Part shown: positions 9,536 to 19,344 of the stretch, piece by piece
Position numbering within the stretch: the stretch's first letter is position 1
Layout: the number at the start of each line of letters is the position of its first letter
DNA from: Geotalea uraniireducens Rf4
GTDB taxonomy: Bacteria; Desulfobacterota; Desulfuromonadia; Geobacterales; Geobacteraceae
Length of the DNA stretch: 32,000 nt
NCBI RefSeq assembly: GCF_000016745.1
Contig: NC_009483.1
Location: 4,890,001-4,922,000, forward strand
Direction: 5' to 3'
Translations under genes and position numbers: made by a program
Notes under the pieces: model-generated
The model's database searches: none
Seen by the model: the letters and a program-made list of their open reading frames with translations, nothing else
Told to the model about the DNA's origin: nothing

Positions 9536-12022
9536 TTATTTGCTTATGCTTACCCAGATTACCGGAGTGCCGTCAGTGACGGTATTTACAGACTGTTCTG
9601 CAAAATGGTAGGGAGCAAAAACAACCCCTTGCGGCATCCTGACATTAACCTTGGCCTTCAGTTTGATTTCACCTGTAGTCGACTTGATGGTAAGCATATC
9701 GTTTTCGCTTATTTTCAATTCAGCGGCATCTTGTCGACTCAGTTCTGCATAACCTTCAGGACACACGTGCATTGGTCCTTCACCGTATCGGGACATGGTT
9801 CCACAATGATAGAGAGCACTACCTGTTACCATTGCAAATTTACCCGTTTCTGCTTTCACAGGTGCTGCTGCTACCGGCACGAATTTGGCTTTCGTCGTAA
9901 CAGGTATTATCTGGCCATTTTCACCCAGACCGTCGTAAGAAAGATCTTTATATCCCGGCACATTCTCCGCGATCTCAGCAAAAACCTCAGAGGCATTTGC
10001 GTATGTCGTGCCACCGAGAATTCCATTGAGGCTGCTCAGGATGTCAAGATCGCTCCGAGAAAGGCCGATTGGCTTGATTGCTTTGTTGACGCGTTGTACC
10101 GTCCTGCCGACGCTGGTAAATGTACCGTCTTTTTCTGCAAATGAGCACGCTGGAAGAACCACATGGGCCTTTTCTGCCGTCTCAGTGAGGAAGAGGTCCT
10201 GTACAACCAGGAATTCAACCTTGTCCAGGGCTGCCTCAATCTTTTTCCTGTTGGGGTAGGAAATCACCGGGTTTTCACCCGCTACATAAAGAGCCTTGAC
10301 AGTGCCGGCAGCACAGCTGTCGATTATGGTCGCGGCGTTCTTACCCTTCGAAGTCGGGTAGATACCCATATCAAGAGCACCCTGGCTATTGTTCTTCTCG
10401 CCCATGATCAGGACACCGCAACCTTCTTTACCGATCCTTCCGGTAAGCAGCGCCAGGTTGATTACCGCCTGAGCCAGTTCCTTACCGTGGCCGGAATAAC
10501 CCAAACCGATCGGCAGCAGAATCAGTGCCTTTTCTGCCTTGGCGTAATCACTCGCCAGAGCCTTAATTTCATCAGCAGACATGCCGCAGGCTTCAGCCAC
10601 CTTACTTGGTGCGTAAGATTCCAATGTCTGCTTTAATTCATCCAACCCTGCGACGGTAGTCGCAGCTGCATCGACCAGATTCTCATCGATAATTGCTTTT
10701 GCCAGGGCGTTTAGCAGAACGACCTCATTGCCCGGTTTATGGACATATGTTTTTGCCTTGGGAAGTTTTGACAGTTTACCGCGCTTGTCAGAGACTATCC
10801 TTAGGTCGACATCCTTGCGTTTCACGCCAAGATTTATTTCAAAACCCAATACCGGATGAGTTTCATAGGCATCGGTCTTTACTACAAGAAGCAGATCGGT
10901 TTTCTGAATATCAGCGATTGTTGAAGGAGAAGCAGCGTATCCGAGACTCTCCAGAGCACCTGAAGTGAGAGCACTGTGTGCAAACCCGGCGGAATGATCA
11001 ATGTTTTCAGAACCTAGTGTCTCTCTGAATAACTTACCGTACAGGAACAGTTCCTCGTTGGTTAGCCTTGGCGTCACCAGTCCCGCCACACTATCAGCAC
11101 CTGACGCTTTTGCTTCACGCAAGCGGTCAGCAACAAGTGACAGCGCCTCTTCCCACGAGGCTTCTACCAGTTTCCCGTTTTTGCGAATAAGCGGTGTTGT
11201 CAGTCGATTATCGCTATTTACAAACTGATAACCGAATCGCCCTCGTGTGCAAAGCTGGCCATTGTGAAAACCCTGGTTTTCATCATAAATGGTCGTCAGG
11301 ACTTTATTGTCTTTGACACCTAAGGTCAGTTGACAGCCGGTGCCACAGTATGAACAGACAGTTTTTACCTTGTTCAACGACCACCAGCGCGCCTTGAACT
11401 TGAATGGGCGTGAAATAAGTGCGCCAACCGGACAAACAGAAACGCATGAGCCACAGAATTCGCAATTTAGAGGGCCATCGAACTCCGTACCCATTTTTGC
11501 TTCAATACCACGGCTGATGAAGGTGTATGCACCATACGAAACAATCTCGTCACATATCCGTGCGCATTTGCCGCAGTGAATACAGCGATTCATATCGCGC
11601 TCAATAAGCGGGTTTTCGTAGTCTATCTTATGATGAAACTTCTCATCATGGAACTTGTTGGTGTTTACCTTGTATTCATAGGTCAAGTTCTGCAAATCAC
11701 AGTCGCCAGCTGCATCACACACCGGACAGTCAATGGGGTGCTTGAGCAGCAGCAGTTCCAACACCATTTTCCTGGCCTTGATAATCTCAGGTGTCGTTGT
11801 TGTAACAGTCATTCCTTCCGTTACCGGCGTGGTGCAGGCAGGGATTAAACGCCCCTTCATCTGCTCTACCTCGACAAGACACATACGGCAACCGCCAAAC
11901 GGATGCAATTTCTTATCGTGACACAGAATGGGAATTTTTATACCGGCTGACTTGGCCGCATCAAAAATGGTAGCGTCTTTAGGTACCGTCACCTTTTTAT
12001 CATCGATTGTAAGATTAACCAT
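9536..12022 (-). CDS. nuoG: NADH-quinone oxidoreductase subunit G
   Basis: 828 aa. It has an N-terminal 2Fe-2S ferredoxin fold, HxxxCxxCxxxxxC, CIHCGKCARIC and CEFCGSCVSVCP cluster motifs, a CSYCGTGC N7-like motif, and a molybdopterin-oxidoreductase-like C-terminal half. Confidence 0.95.
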   Translation of the reverse strand: MVNLTIDDKKVTVPKDATIFDAAKSAGIKIPILCHDKKLHPFGGCRMCLVEVEQMKGRLIPACTTPVTEGMTVTTTTPEIIKARKMVLELLLLKHPIDCPVCDAAGDCDLQNLTYEYKVNTNKFHDEKFHHKIDYENPLIERDMNRCIHCGKCARICDEIVSYGAYTFISRGIEAKMGTEFDGPLNCEFCGSCVSVCPVGALISRPFKFKARWWSLNKVKTVCSYCGTGCQLTLGVKDNKVLTTIYDENQGFHNGQLCTRGRFGYQFVNSDNRLTTPLIRKNGKLVEASWEEALSLVADRLREAKASGADSVAGLVTPRLTNEELFLYGKLFRETLGSENIDHSAGFAHSALTSGALESLGYAASPSTIADIQKTDLLLVVKTDAYETHPVLGFEINLGVKRKDVDLRIVSDKRGKLSKLPKAKTYVHKPGNEVVLLNALAKAIIDENLVDAAATTVAGLDELKQTLESYAPSKVAEACGMSADEIKALASDYAKAEKALILLPIGLGYSGHGKELAQAVINLALLTGRIGKEGCGVLIMGEKNNSQGALDMGIYPTSKGKNAATIIDSCAAGTVKALYVAGENPVISYPNRKKIEAALDKVEFLVVQDLFLTETAEKAHVVLPACSFAEKDGTFTSVGRTVQRVNKAIKPIGLSRSDLDILSSLNGILGGTTYANASEVFAEIAENVPGYKDLSYDGLGENGQIIPVTTKAKFVPVAAAPVKAETGKFAMVTGSALYHCGTMSRYGEGPMHVCPEGYAELSRQDAAELKISENDMLTIKSTTGEIKLKAKVNVRMPQGVVFAPYHFAEQSVNTVTDGTPVIWVSISK

Positions 12023-12064
12023 CTCGACCCTCTGTTCTCCCTCGGATGTATACTTGATGATCAG

Positions 12065-13846
12065 CTACTCAATGGCCATGAAACGGCATGCGTCATAGCA
12101 GGACTTGCATTTGGTACATTTTTCTTTATCCAGATAAGCGACCTTGCCCTTTTCCCAGATAATAGCATTGGAAGGGCAGGCTTTGAGACACGCACCGCAT
12201 TTAACGCACTTGTCCTCGACAACTTGCCATAAAAGAAGTTCCTTACAGCAGTTTGACGGGCAGCGCTTGTCATTGATGTGTGCCTCATACTCATGACGGA
12301 AATATTTAACTGTAGACAGGATCGGGTTTGGCGCCGTCTGTCCAAGACCGCAAAGAGAGGCTTTTTTAATGGTAGCACCCATCTCCAGCAGAGTATCAAT
12401 ATCGCTTGCCTGGCCACGTCCTTCGGTGATGCGCTCCAGAATATCAAGCATTGCTTTAAGACCAATACGACAGGGAACACATTTGCCGCATGACTCCATC
12501 CTGGTAAAGGTCAGGAAGAACCTGGCCACATCCACCATGCAGGTCGTTTCATCCATGACGACCAGGCCTCCGGAACCCATCATGGCGCCTGCCTTGATCA
12601 GGGAATCGTAGTCTACCGGGGTGTCAAGGACCTCCGCCGGGATACAACCACCGGAAGGACCACCTGCCTGAACCGCCTTGAATTTGCGGTTGTTGGCGAT
12701 TCCTCCGCAGACGTCATAAATAACCTGGCGCACAGACATGCCTGCAGCAACCTCCACCAACCCCGTGTGCTTAACCTTGCCGGTAACGGCGAAGATCTTC
12801 GTGCCTTTGGTGGTGTCAGTGCCGAGGGAAGCATACCAATCTGCACCCTTGTTGATTATGTGGCGAACGTTGGCAAAGGTTTCAACGTTGTTGATGTTCG
12901 TCGGTTTGCCCCAAAGTCCTTTAACCGCAGGAAACGGCGGACGTGGTCGAGGCATGCCACGCTCACCCTCGATGGATGCCATAAGCGCAGTCTCTTCACC
13001 GCAGACAAACGCTCCAGCCCCCATCTTGATGCGCATATCGAAGTCAAAACCCCATCCCTGGATGTTTTTGCCTAGCCAGCCCTTCTCGTAGCAGATGTCA
13101 ATGGCGTGCTGAAGGCGCTGAATGGCCAGTGGGTACTCGGCACGAACATATACATAGCCATAATAACAACCAATGGCATAGGCGGAAATCATCATCCCCT
13201 CAATAATACAGAAGGGATCACCTTCGAGGACGGAACGGTCCATGAAGGCACCGGGGTCCCCCTCATCGGCATTGCAGATTAAATACTTCTTGTCGCCAGG
13301 CGAGGCCGCACAAAAAGACCACTTCATGCCGGTGGGGAAGCCGCCCCCCCCCCTGCCGCGAAGGCCGGACTTTTTGACTTCATCAATTACTTCTGCAGGC
13401 TTCATCGTCTTGATACATTTTTCTATTGCTTTGAAGCCGTCTTCCTCTAGGTAAGCTTCCAGGCTGTCAGGATCAATCTGACCGCAGCCGGTCATAACTA
13501 CCCGCATCTGTTGATCGACAAAGGTATTGTAATAAGGCTTGGCTTTTTTCTTTTCTATAGGGGTATTATTAACAATATGCTCATCGATGATATTGGCAAC
13601 ATCCTCGGGAACAACGAAGTCATAAGTAACCCTGCCTAGTTCAGGCGTAATGACATCGACAAGGACGTCGTTTGCACACAGACCGCGGCAGCCGGTCTTG
13701 ATAACATCGCACCGCTTTCCGACTACGGCATTGATGCCTTTTTCCTCAATCAGTCTGGTAAATTCCAGCTCTACCTTTTTTGCACCAGCCGATATGCCGC
13801 CGGTACCTTGACAGATTAATATTTTGATCGCTGCATTTTCGCTCAT
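12065..13846 (-). CDS. nuoF: NADH-quinone oxidoreductase subunit F, extended form (N-terminal thioredoxin-like domain plus C-terminal 2x[4Fe-4S] ferredoxin domain)
   Basis: The core contains GLRGRGGGGFPTGMKW (FMN/NADH site) and ESCGKCVPCR...SLCGLGQ (N3 cluster). About 110 extra N-terminal residues (ILICQGTGG...TGCRGLC) and a C-terminal CVKCGACLKACP...CTKCKSCYDAC are also present. Total length is 593 aa. Confidence 0.93.
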   Translation of the reverse strand: MSENAAIKILICQGTGGISAGAKKVELEFTRLIEEKGINAVVGKRCDVIKTGCRGLCANDVLVDVITPELGRVTYDFVVPEDVANIIDEHIVNNTPIEKKKAKPYYNTFVDQQMRVVMTGCGQIDPDSLEAYLEEDGFKAIEKCIKTMKPAEVIDEVKKSGLRGRGGGGFPTGMKWSFCAASPGDKKYLICNADEGDPGAFMDRSVLEGDPFCIIEGMMISAYAIGCYYGYVYVRAEYPLAIQRLQHAIDICYEKGWLGKNIQGWGFDFDMRIKMGAGAFVCGEETALMASIEGERGMPRPRPPFPAVKGLWGKPTNINNVETFANVRHIINKGADWYASLGTDTTKGTKIFAVTGKVKHTGLVEVAAGMSVRQVIYDVCGGIANNRKFKAVQAGGPSGGCIPAEVLDTPVDYDSLIKAGAMMGSGGLVVMDETTCMVDVARFFLTFTRMESCGKCVPCRIGLKAMLDILERITEGRGQASDIDTLLEMGATIKKASLCGLGQTAPNPILSTVKYFRHEYEAHINDKRCPSNCCKELLLWQVVEDKCVKCGACLKACPSNAIIWEKGKVAYLDKEKCTKCKSCYDACRFMAIE

Positions 13847-13882
13847 AACAAATGGTCCCCTACTGGAAAGTATAGAGCTGTT

Positions 13883-14389
13883 CTATTTCATCGGCCGCTG
13901 ACTGTAGTCGGCAATGATTCCTTCAACTTTCTGAACCGTCATCTTACCGAACGTATCATCATTAACCATTGCCAGCGGCGCCATACCACAGGCACCAAGG
14001 CAGGCAACCTTCTCAAAGGTGAAGCGCAGATCCGGTGATGTTTCCGCATGACCGATATGCAGTTTATCGAAGAACGTATCGACAATGCGCTCGGCACCCT
14101 GAACGTGGCACGCCGTTCCCACGCAAACCCTGATGATGAACTTCCCACGAGGCTTGAGGTGAAACTGTGCATAAAACGTAAGGACACCATATATCTGACT
14201 GGGATAGACATTGAGTCTTTCAGCTACAAGGTCAATAGTAGGTCTTGGTATATAACCGTACTCGTCCTGTATCCCCTGCAGAACAGGCATAAGGTTCCCT
14301 GGCAGCGTCAGAAATTTATCTATAATCTGGTTGGCTGCAGCTAAATCTATTTCTTCTGTTGGAAGCACTTCGGCTGGAGCGTCACTCAT
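13883..14389 (-). CDS. nuoE: NADH-quinone oxidoreductase subunit E ([2Fe-2S])
   Basis: The ORF-track ORF 13883..14479 overlaps the nuoD 3' end. AAGGAG (14404..14399) is 9 nt upstream of ATG 14389 but 0 nt from ATG 14398, so I favour 14389 (169 aa). Cluster Cys pattern: CVGTAC...CLGACGMAP. Confidence 0.9.
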   Translation of the reverse strand: MSDAPAEVLPTEEIDLAAANQIIDKFLTLPGNLMPVLQGIQDEYGYIPRPTIDLVAERLNVYPSQIYGVLTFYAQFHLKPRGKFIIRVCVGTACHVQGAERIVDTFFDKLHIGHAETSPDLRFTFEKVACLGACGMAPLAMVNDDTFGKMTVQKVEGIIADYSQRPMK

Positions 14390-14417
14390 GTACTCCATCT
14401 CCTTTTGTACGTTGGAG

Positions 14418-15590
14418 TTACCTGTCAATTTCACCAAGGACGATATCAAGCGTTCCAATGACCGCGACCAGATCGGCAATCATGGCGCCCTTAGCCATTT
14501 TCTCAATAGCCTGCAAATTAACGAATGATGGCGGACGAATCCTCATCCTATACGGTTTTGTGCTGCCATCGCTGACCAGATAGTAGCCAAGCTCACCCTT
14601 GGGAGCCTCAACCGACTGGTATACTTCTCCTTCCGGAGTAGAGAAACCTTCACTGGCAATTTTGAAGTGATGTATGAGACCCTCGATGGAGTTATATACG
14701 TTTTCCTTCGGCGGATAGCATATCTGCGGCTCGTCAGCGAGCACCGGACCCGGTTTCAGTGAATCAAGGGCCTGCCTGATTATCTTGACCGATTCACGCA
14801 TTTCCACAAGACGTACCTTGTAACGATCGAATGTATCGCAGTTCTCTCCAACCGGCACCTTGAAATCATATTTTTCATAACCGCTGTAGGGATTGTCCCG
14901 CCTGAGGTCCCAGTCCACACCAGAGCCACGCAATGCAGGACCGGTAATGCCATAGTCTATTGCATCCTCAGCCGATATCACGCCATTACCTATGGTTCTT
15001 TGCAACCATATGGTGTTTTTGGTCAACAGCCCTTCATAGGTATCAAAATGTCCCGGAAAGGTATCCAGTACTTCTCGAACCGCAGCAGTGAAACCTTCGG
15101 GGATATCCTTGGAAAGGCCGCCAACCCGGAAGAAATTGCTGGTCATCCGGGCGCCTGAAACCATTTCATAAATATCCATGATATTTTCGCGCTCGCGGAA
15201 AGCATAGAGGAAAACCGTCATGGCGCCTATATCGAGGGCGTGACAGGCAATCCAGACAAGATGTGACTTGAGCCTTGTGAGCTCCGCCATAATTACACGA
15301 ATGACCTGAGCCCTCTCAGGCACATCAATACCAAGCAGTTTTTCCACTGCCAGAACATAGCCAAGATTGTTGCTCATGGGAGCCAAGTAATCAAGACGGT
15401 CCGTAAGCGGAATGGTCTGATGATAAGTCCGATGCTCGGAAAGCTTTTCTATGCCCCGGTGCAGATAACCGATATGGGGCGTAACTTTTTGAATTATTTC
15501 GCCGTCGAGCTCGACAATCAGACGCAACACGCCATGTGTACTTGGATGTTGCGGCCCCATGTTTATTGTCATTATCTCTGTACTAGCCAT
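14418..15590 (-). CDS. nuoD: NADH-quinone oxidoreductase subunit D
   Basis: 390 aa, 49-kDa-subunit family (NMGPQHPSTHGVLRL). Confidence 0.95.
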   Translation of the reverse strand: MASTEIMTINMGPQHPSTHGVLRLIVELDGEIIQKVTPHIGYLHRGIEKLSEHRTYHQTIPLTDRLDYLAPMSNNLGYVLAVEKLLGIDVPERAQVIRVIMAELTRLKSHLVWIACHALDIGAMTVFLYAFRERENIMDIYEMVSGARMTSNFFRVGGLSKDIPEGFTAAVREVLDTFPGHFDTYEGLLTKNTIWLQRTIGNGVISAEDAIDYGITGPALRGSGVDWDLRRDNPYSGYEKYDFKVPVGENCDTFDRYKVRLVEMRESVKIIRQALDSLKPGPVLADEPQICYPPKENVYNSIEGLIHHFKIASEGFSTPEGEVYQSVEAPKGELGYYLVSDGSTKPYRMRIRPPSFVNLQAIEKMAKGAMIADLVAVIGTLDIVLGEIDR

Positions 15591-15631
15591 TGTTCGCCTC
15601 TATAGTAAGATAGATACTGATCATTAATTGA

Positions 15632-16126
15632 TTAGGACAACCGCCCCTTATATGGTTCGCGATCCGGCCCCTGCAACGGGTAATCTTTGCGGAGTGGATG
15701 TCCTACCCAGTCATCGGTCATCATGATTCTACGGAGATCGGGATGATTCTTGAAAATTATCCCCATAAGGTCATAGGCTTCCCTCTCCAACCAGTTAGCC
15801 GTTGTCCAGACCCCGCAAACAGTATCGATAGTACACTCACCTTCCGTTACCGGCGCCTTGATACGGAGTCGATCCTTATTAGGAATAGAGTAAATATTGT
15901 AGACCACCATGAATCTGGGATCTTTTCCCAGATAGTCAACTGCTGTTACGTCAGTCAGGAGGTTATAGCGCAGCTCTTCCTTAAGGAATTTGCATAATGC
16001 AACTATGTCTTCCTTTCTTACGATAACAGTTACCTCACCGCGAAATTCCTTCACTTCAAGGATTGAGGAAGCAAATTTTTCACGAAGTTTGATTACTGCT
16101 CTATTATTTTCAGCCATATCAGCCAT
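15632..16126 (-). CDS. nuoC: NADH-quinone oxidoreductase subunit C
   Basis: 164 aa, 30-kDa-subunit family, encoded separately from nuoD. Confidence 0.93.
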   Translation of the reverse strand: MADMAENNRAVIKLREKFASSILEVKEFRGEVTVIVRKEDIVALCKFLKEELRYNLLTDVTAVDYLGKDPRFMVVYNIYSIPNKDRLRIKAPVTEGECTIDTVCGVWTTANWLEREAYDLMGIIFKNHPDLRRIMMTDDWVGHPLRKDYPLQGPDREPYKGRLS

Positions 16127-16156
16127 ACCTTTTCCTTTGGTATTTTGATAATTAAA

Positions 16157-16669
16157 TTAGGCGGCCGGTTCCAGCCTGTCACCGAGGCCTATCGCAGAGC
16201 CAAACGAATTCCGCTCCTTACCAATCTTATCCTGTAATTTCATAAGGCCATAAAGCAGCGCTTCCGGTCTCGGGGGGCACCCAGGAATATAGACATCGAC
16301 GGGCAATGCCTCATCGACTCCCTGCACTACACTATAAGTATCGAAAACACCGCCGGAACAGGCACACGCGCCCATCGCAATTACCCACTTAGGCTCGGGC
16401 ATCTGCTCATAGACCGTCTTGATGACTGGCAGCATTTTTTTGGTGACGGTACCTGCTATGATAATACAGTCTGACTGCCTCGGTGAGGCGCGAAAGATTA
16501 TGCCGAAACGGTCAAGGTCGTGCTTGGCTGCGCCGGTCGCCATCATTTCGATAGCGCAACAAGCAAGACCAAAGGTCATCGGCCAAATGGAGGACTTTCT
16601 CGCCCAGTTAACCAGGCCGTCCAGGGAAGCCGTAACAATGTTATCGCCCAATGGTTGCTCTACTCCCAT
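16157..16669 (-). CDS. nuoB: NADH-quinone oxidoreductase subunit B (N2 cluster)
   Basis: 170 aa with the CCAIEMM ... GACACSGG ... PGCPP motifs. It overlaps the nuoA stop by 10 nt. Confidence 0.95.
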   Translation of the reverse strand: MGVEQPLGDNIVTASLDGLVNWARKSSIWPMTFGLACCAIEMMATGAAKHDLDRFGIIFRASPRQSDCIIIAGTVTKKMLPVIKTVYEQMPEPKWVIAMGACACSGGVFDTYSVVQGVDEALPVDVYIPGCPPRPEALLYGLMKLQDKIGKERNSFGSAIGLGDRLEPAA

Positions 16670-17016
16670 TCCAACGCTCCTTTTTTCCAGACATAAATAT
16701 AACCGACAAAAAGAATTACTATGAATACGCCCATCTCCATGAGGCCGAACATTCCCAACCTCTTAAACAGCACTGCCCATGGGTAGAGAAAAACAGCCTC
16801 AATATCGAACAATATAAACAACATGGCGATGATATAGAATTTTATCGAGAAGCGCTCCCGAGCACTGCCAACCGGCTCACATCCACACTCGTAAGGCGCC
16901 ATCTTTACCACTGAAGGCTTTTTCTGGCCGATAAGCGATGAAAAAATAAGCGAGCCGCACCCGAAGAGCACCGCAACAACGACTAGAACAATAATTGGCA
17001 GATAGGCACCAAGCAT
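16660..17016 (-). CDS. nuoA: NADH-quinone oxidoreductase subunit A
   Basis: 118 aa with three TM helices (PYECG, FDIE motifs). AGGAGG lies upstream. It is first in the operon. Confidence 0.95.
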   Translation of the reverse strand: MLGAYLPIIVLVVVAVLFGCGSLIFSSLIGQKKPSVVKMAPYECGCEPVGSARERFSIKFYIIAMLFILFDIEAVFLYPWAVLFKRLGMFGLMEMGVFIVILFVGYIYVWKKGALEWE

Positions 17017-17097
17017 CTTCTCTATCCTCCTAAACCCTTGAAATATTCACTAACTATCAGCGTTTTCTATTGCATGTAAATTGGCTTGCTGTCTGTC

Positions 17098-17130
17098 TGT
17101 ATACGTTTCTTAGCTCGTATACTGTATACA
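17098..17130. repeat. Three GTATAC hexamers (17099-17104, 17117-17122, 17124-17129) forming TGTATACG/CGTATAC inverted repeats plus the 8-bp palindrome TGTATACA; candidate operator in the nuoA-hemL divergent region
   Basis: Read directly from the sequence. Function is unknown. Confidence 0.3.
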
Positions 17131-17314
17131 ACATCGCGAAATTTATTTCATTTACCCTACTTTGTCAAGGAAAAAAAACCCATGATTAACCGCTTTTATA
17201 ATTTAAACTTAGTCTTCCCATGCACTCTGCTTAATTCACTTGACACGACGAGCTCATGTATGCTACCACCCCCTAATAAAGGCATTAAAATTAATATGTT
17301 AGGGGTATTAATCC

Positions 17315-18598
17315 ATGAACTACAGCCGTTCTGAACTCTTATTCCAGGAAGCGCAAAAAGCCATTCCCGGCGGCGTAAACAGCCCTGTCCGTGCCTTCAA
17401 ATCCGTCGGCACAGACCCTTTATTCATCGAGAAAGCGTCCGGATCCAGAATTTACGACGTTGATGGCAATGAGTTTATTGATTATGTCGGATCATGGGGC
17501 CCCATGATTCTCGGGCACTGCCATCCACAGGTTGTCGCCGCCGTGAAGTCAGCCGTCGACAATGGTTGCAGTTTCGGCGCGCCCACAGAACTGGAAATCA
17601 CCCTGGCCGAAATGGTCATCGAAGCAGTTCCATCCATTGAGATGGTAAGGATGGTTAGTTCCGGCACTGAAGCGACCATGAGCGCCATCCGCCTTGCCAG
17701 AGGCTATACCGGCAGAGACAAGATACTGAAGTTTTCAGGATGCTACCACGGTCACTCTGACTCGCTTCTTGTTAAAGCCGGCTCCGGTGCCGCCACTTTC
17801 GGCGTACCCGACTCGCCCGGCGTGCCGCAGGATTTTGCCAAGCATACCTTAACTGCCACCTATAATGATCTGGAGTCAGTTAACAAGCTCGTCGCCGAGA
17901 ACAAAAACCAGATTTCCTGCATTATAGTCGAACCTGTTGCCGGCAACATGGGCACAGTTCCCCCCAGAGAAGGCTTTCTCGAGGGCCTCCGCTCTCTCTG
18001 CACAGAAGAAGGCATCGTACTGATTTTCGACGAGGTGATGTCTGGTTTCAGGGTAGCCTATGGCGGAGCGCAGGAACTTTATAACGTTACCCCGGACATG
18101 ACCACCCTCGGCAAGATCATCGGCGGCGGACTCCCAGTCGGCGCTTTCGGCGGCAAAAAGGAGATCATGTCCCTCCTTTCTCCATCTGGCGGAGTTTACC
18201 AGGCCGGGACACTTTCCGGCAACCCCCTGGCCATGACTGCAGGCATAGAAACGCTCAAACTGCTCCAGACAGAAGGCTTCTACCAGGATCTGGACAGGAA
18301 AAGCGACTATGTCGCTTCCGGCATCGCCAAGGCAGCAAAAGATGCCGGTTTCCCCATATATTCGACCAGGGTAGGCAGTATGTTTTGCGCATTTTTTTCC
18401 AAGAAGCCGGTCTATGACTGGACTTCGGCCGCAGCTTGCGACACCAAAGCTTTCGCCAAATATTTCCGTCTGATGCTCGATGAGGGGATTTACCTTGCGC
18501 CATCCCAGTTTGAAACCGCCTTCGTTTCAATAGCCCATTCCACCGATGATCTTGACAAGACCATTGCCGCCGCTGCGAAGGCTTTCAAATCTCTCTAA
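17315..18598 (+). CDS. hemL: Glutamate-1-semialdehyde 2,1-aminomutase
   Basis: 427 aa, class-III aminotransferase. N-terminus [23 protein letters not shown], and the PLP-lysine region [18 protein letters not shown]. Confidence 0.95.
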   Translation: MNYSRSELLFQEAQKAIPGGVNSPVRAFKSVGTDPLFIEKASGSRIYDVDGNEFIDYVGSWGPMILGHCHPQVVAAVKSAVDNGCSFGAPTELEITLAEMVIEAVPSIEMVRMVSSGTEATMSAIRLARGYTGRDKILKFSGCYHGHSDSLLVKAGSGAATFGVPDSPGVPQDFAKHTLTATYNDLESVNKLVAENKNQISCIIVEPVAGNMGTVPPREGFLEGLRSLCTEEGIVLIFDEVMSGFRVAYGGAQELYNVTPDMTTLGKIIGGGLPVGAFGGKKEIMSLLSPSGGVYQAGTLSGNPLAMTAGIETLKLLQTEGFYQDLDRKSDYVASGIAKAAKDAGFPIYSTRVGSMFCAFFSKKPVYDWTSAAACDTKAFAKYFRLMLDEGIYLAPSQFETAFVSIAHSTDDLDKTIAAAAKAFKSL

Positions 18599-18612
18599 TC
18601 AGCAGCACAATC

Positions 18613-18653
18613 GCAGAGGCGCACAGCCTGCGTCTCTGCTGTTTATTTATTTT
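18613..18653 (+). terminator. Intrinsic terminator after hemL
   Basis: An 11-bp stem GCAGAGGCGCA/TGCGTCTCTGC (one G-U pair) with a 5-nt loop is followed by TGTTTATTTATTTT. Confidence 0.7.
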
Positions 18654-18654
18654 A

Positions 18655-18673
18655 ATTGGGTTGACAACCCAAT
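18655..18673. repeat. 8-3-8 palindrome ATTGGGTT-GAC-AACCCAAT overlapping a TTGACA hexamer upstream of atpZ
   Basis: Read directly from the sequence. TTGACA is at 18661-18666 and a possible -10 TATTTA lies 18 nt downstream. Any regulatory role is speculative. Confidence 0.3.
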
Positions 18674-18693
18674 GATTAATATGCTATTTAGCC

Positions 18694-18975
18694 ATGTTTT
18701 TTGAATGGTTCGTTGACAAGGCGACATGCAGCCTCATGGATGAAGATAAAAAAAGACTGATCAAGGCACTCGGAATGATCTCCACTATGGGGATTTCCGT
18801 AGCAGTTGCAATCGCCATCGGCGTTCTCATCGGGCTAAAAGTAGATGAATGGCTCGGCACAAAGCCGTGGTTTTTCTTCATATTTCTTTTTTTTGGAATT
18901 GTAGCCGGATTCCGCAACATATACATCATTGCAGGAAGAGAAATAAAGAAAAATGAAAGTGGTAAAGATAAATGA
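18694..18975 (+). CDS. atpZ: AtpZ/ATPase_gene1-family small membrane protein (F-ATPase operon leader gene)
   Basis: It has two TM helices (GISVAVAIAIGVLIGLKVDEWLGTKPWFFFIFLFFGIVAGF), typical of this family, and sits immediately upstream of atpI/atpB. The start is uncertain (ATG 18694 or ATG 18736); neither has a clear SD. Confidence 0.75.
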   Translation: MFFEWFVDKATCSLMDEDKKRLIKALGMISTMGISVAVAIAIGVLIGLKVDEWLGTKPWFFFIFLFFGIVAGFRNIYIIAGREIKKNESGKDK

Positions 18976-19339
18976 AAGTAATATCTTTACCCTGCTCACA
19001 CGTGGCAGCTTTGTATTAACGATTGTTCTGACGGTCGGTAGTTTGTTCCTCGGTTCTTTGAAGTTTTCATACAGTGTGCTGGTCGGTGGCCTGCTAGCAA
19101 TTGCGAATTTTTACTGGCTTCGCAGCATTCTTCAAAGGACCCTTCAGCTTCAGCCGGACAGGGCTCCCCGTTTTGCAGTTTTGCGCTATATTGTTCGGCT
19201 TGCACTGCTGGGAATTGCCATATTTTTCCTGCTCACTTACGTTGGCGTAGACATATTTGGACTTATTCTCGGATTATCCGTTTTAGTTATTAATATAATT
19301 GTACTGTCTATCTACATGTACACCCTCAAAGGAGGCTAG
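18953..19339 (+). CDS. atpI: ATP synthase protein I
   Basis: 128-aa hydrophobic protein with four predicted TM segments, located between atpZ and atpB. It overlaps atpZ by 23 nt. Confidence 0.75.
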   Translation: MKVVKINESNIFTLLTRGSFVLTIVLTVGSLFLGSLKFSYSVLVGGLLAIANFYWLRSILQRTLQLQPDRAPRFAVLRYIVRLALLGIAIFFLLTYVGVDIFGLILGLSVLVINIIVLSIYMYTLKGG

Positions 19340-19344
19340 TTTCA

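Noticed and set aside
9533-11921. Multiple plus-strand ORFs (up to 203 aa) inside nuoG, with similar antisense or alternate-frame ORFs inside nuoN/M/L/H/F/D, atpB, pepA and parAB.
   Set aside because: All lie fully within strongly supported conserved genes on the other strand or frame. They have no recognisable motifs and no SD-start context.
14390-14479. The 30-codon N-terminal extension of nuoE overlapping the nuoD 3' end.
   Set aside because: The AAGGAG SD lies inside the extension at the correct spacing for ATG 14389. The resulting 169-aa length matches typical NuoE.
17086-17334. An 82-aa ORF in the nuoA-hemL intergenic region, and a 62-aa ORF at 20617-20805 upstream of the gap-like gene.
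   Set aside because: Both overlap the starts of the downstream real genes in another frame. They lack an SD and have AT-rich, low-information composition.
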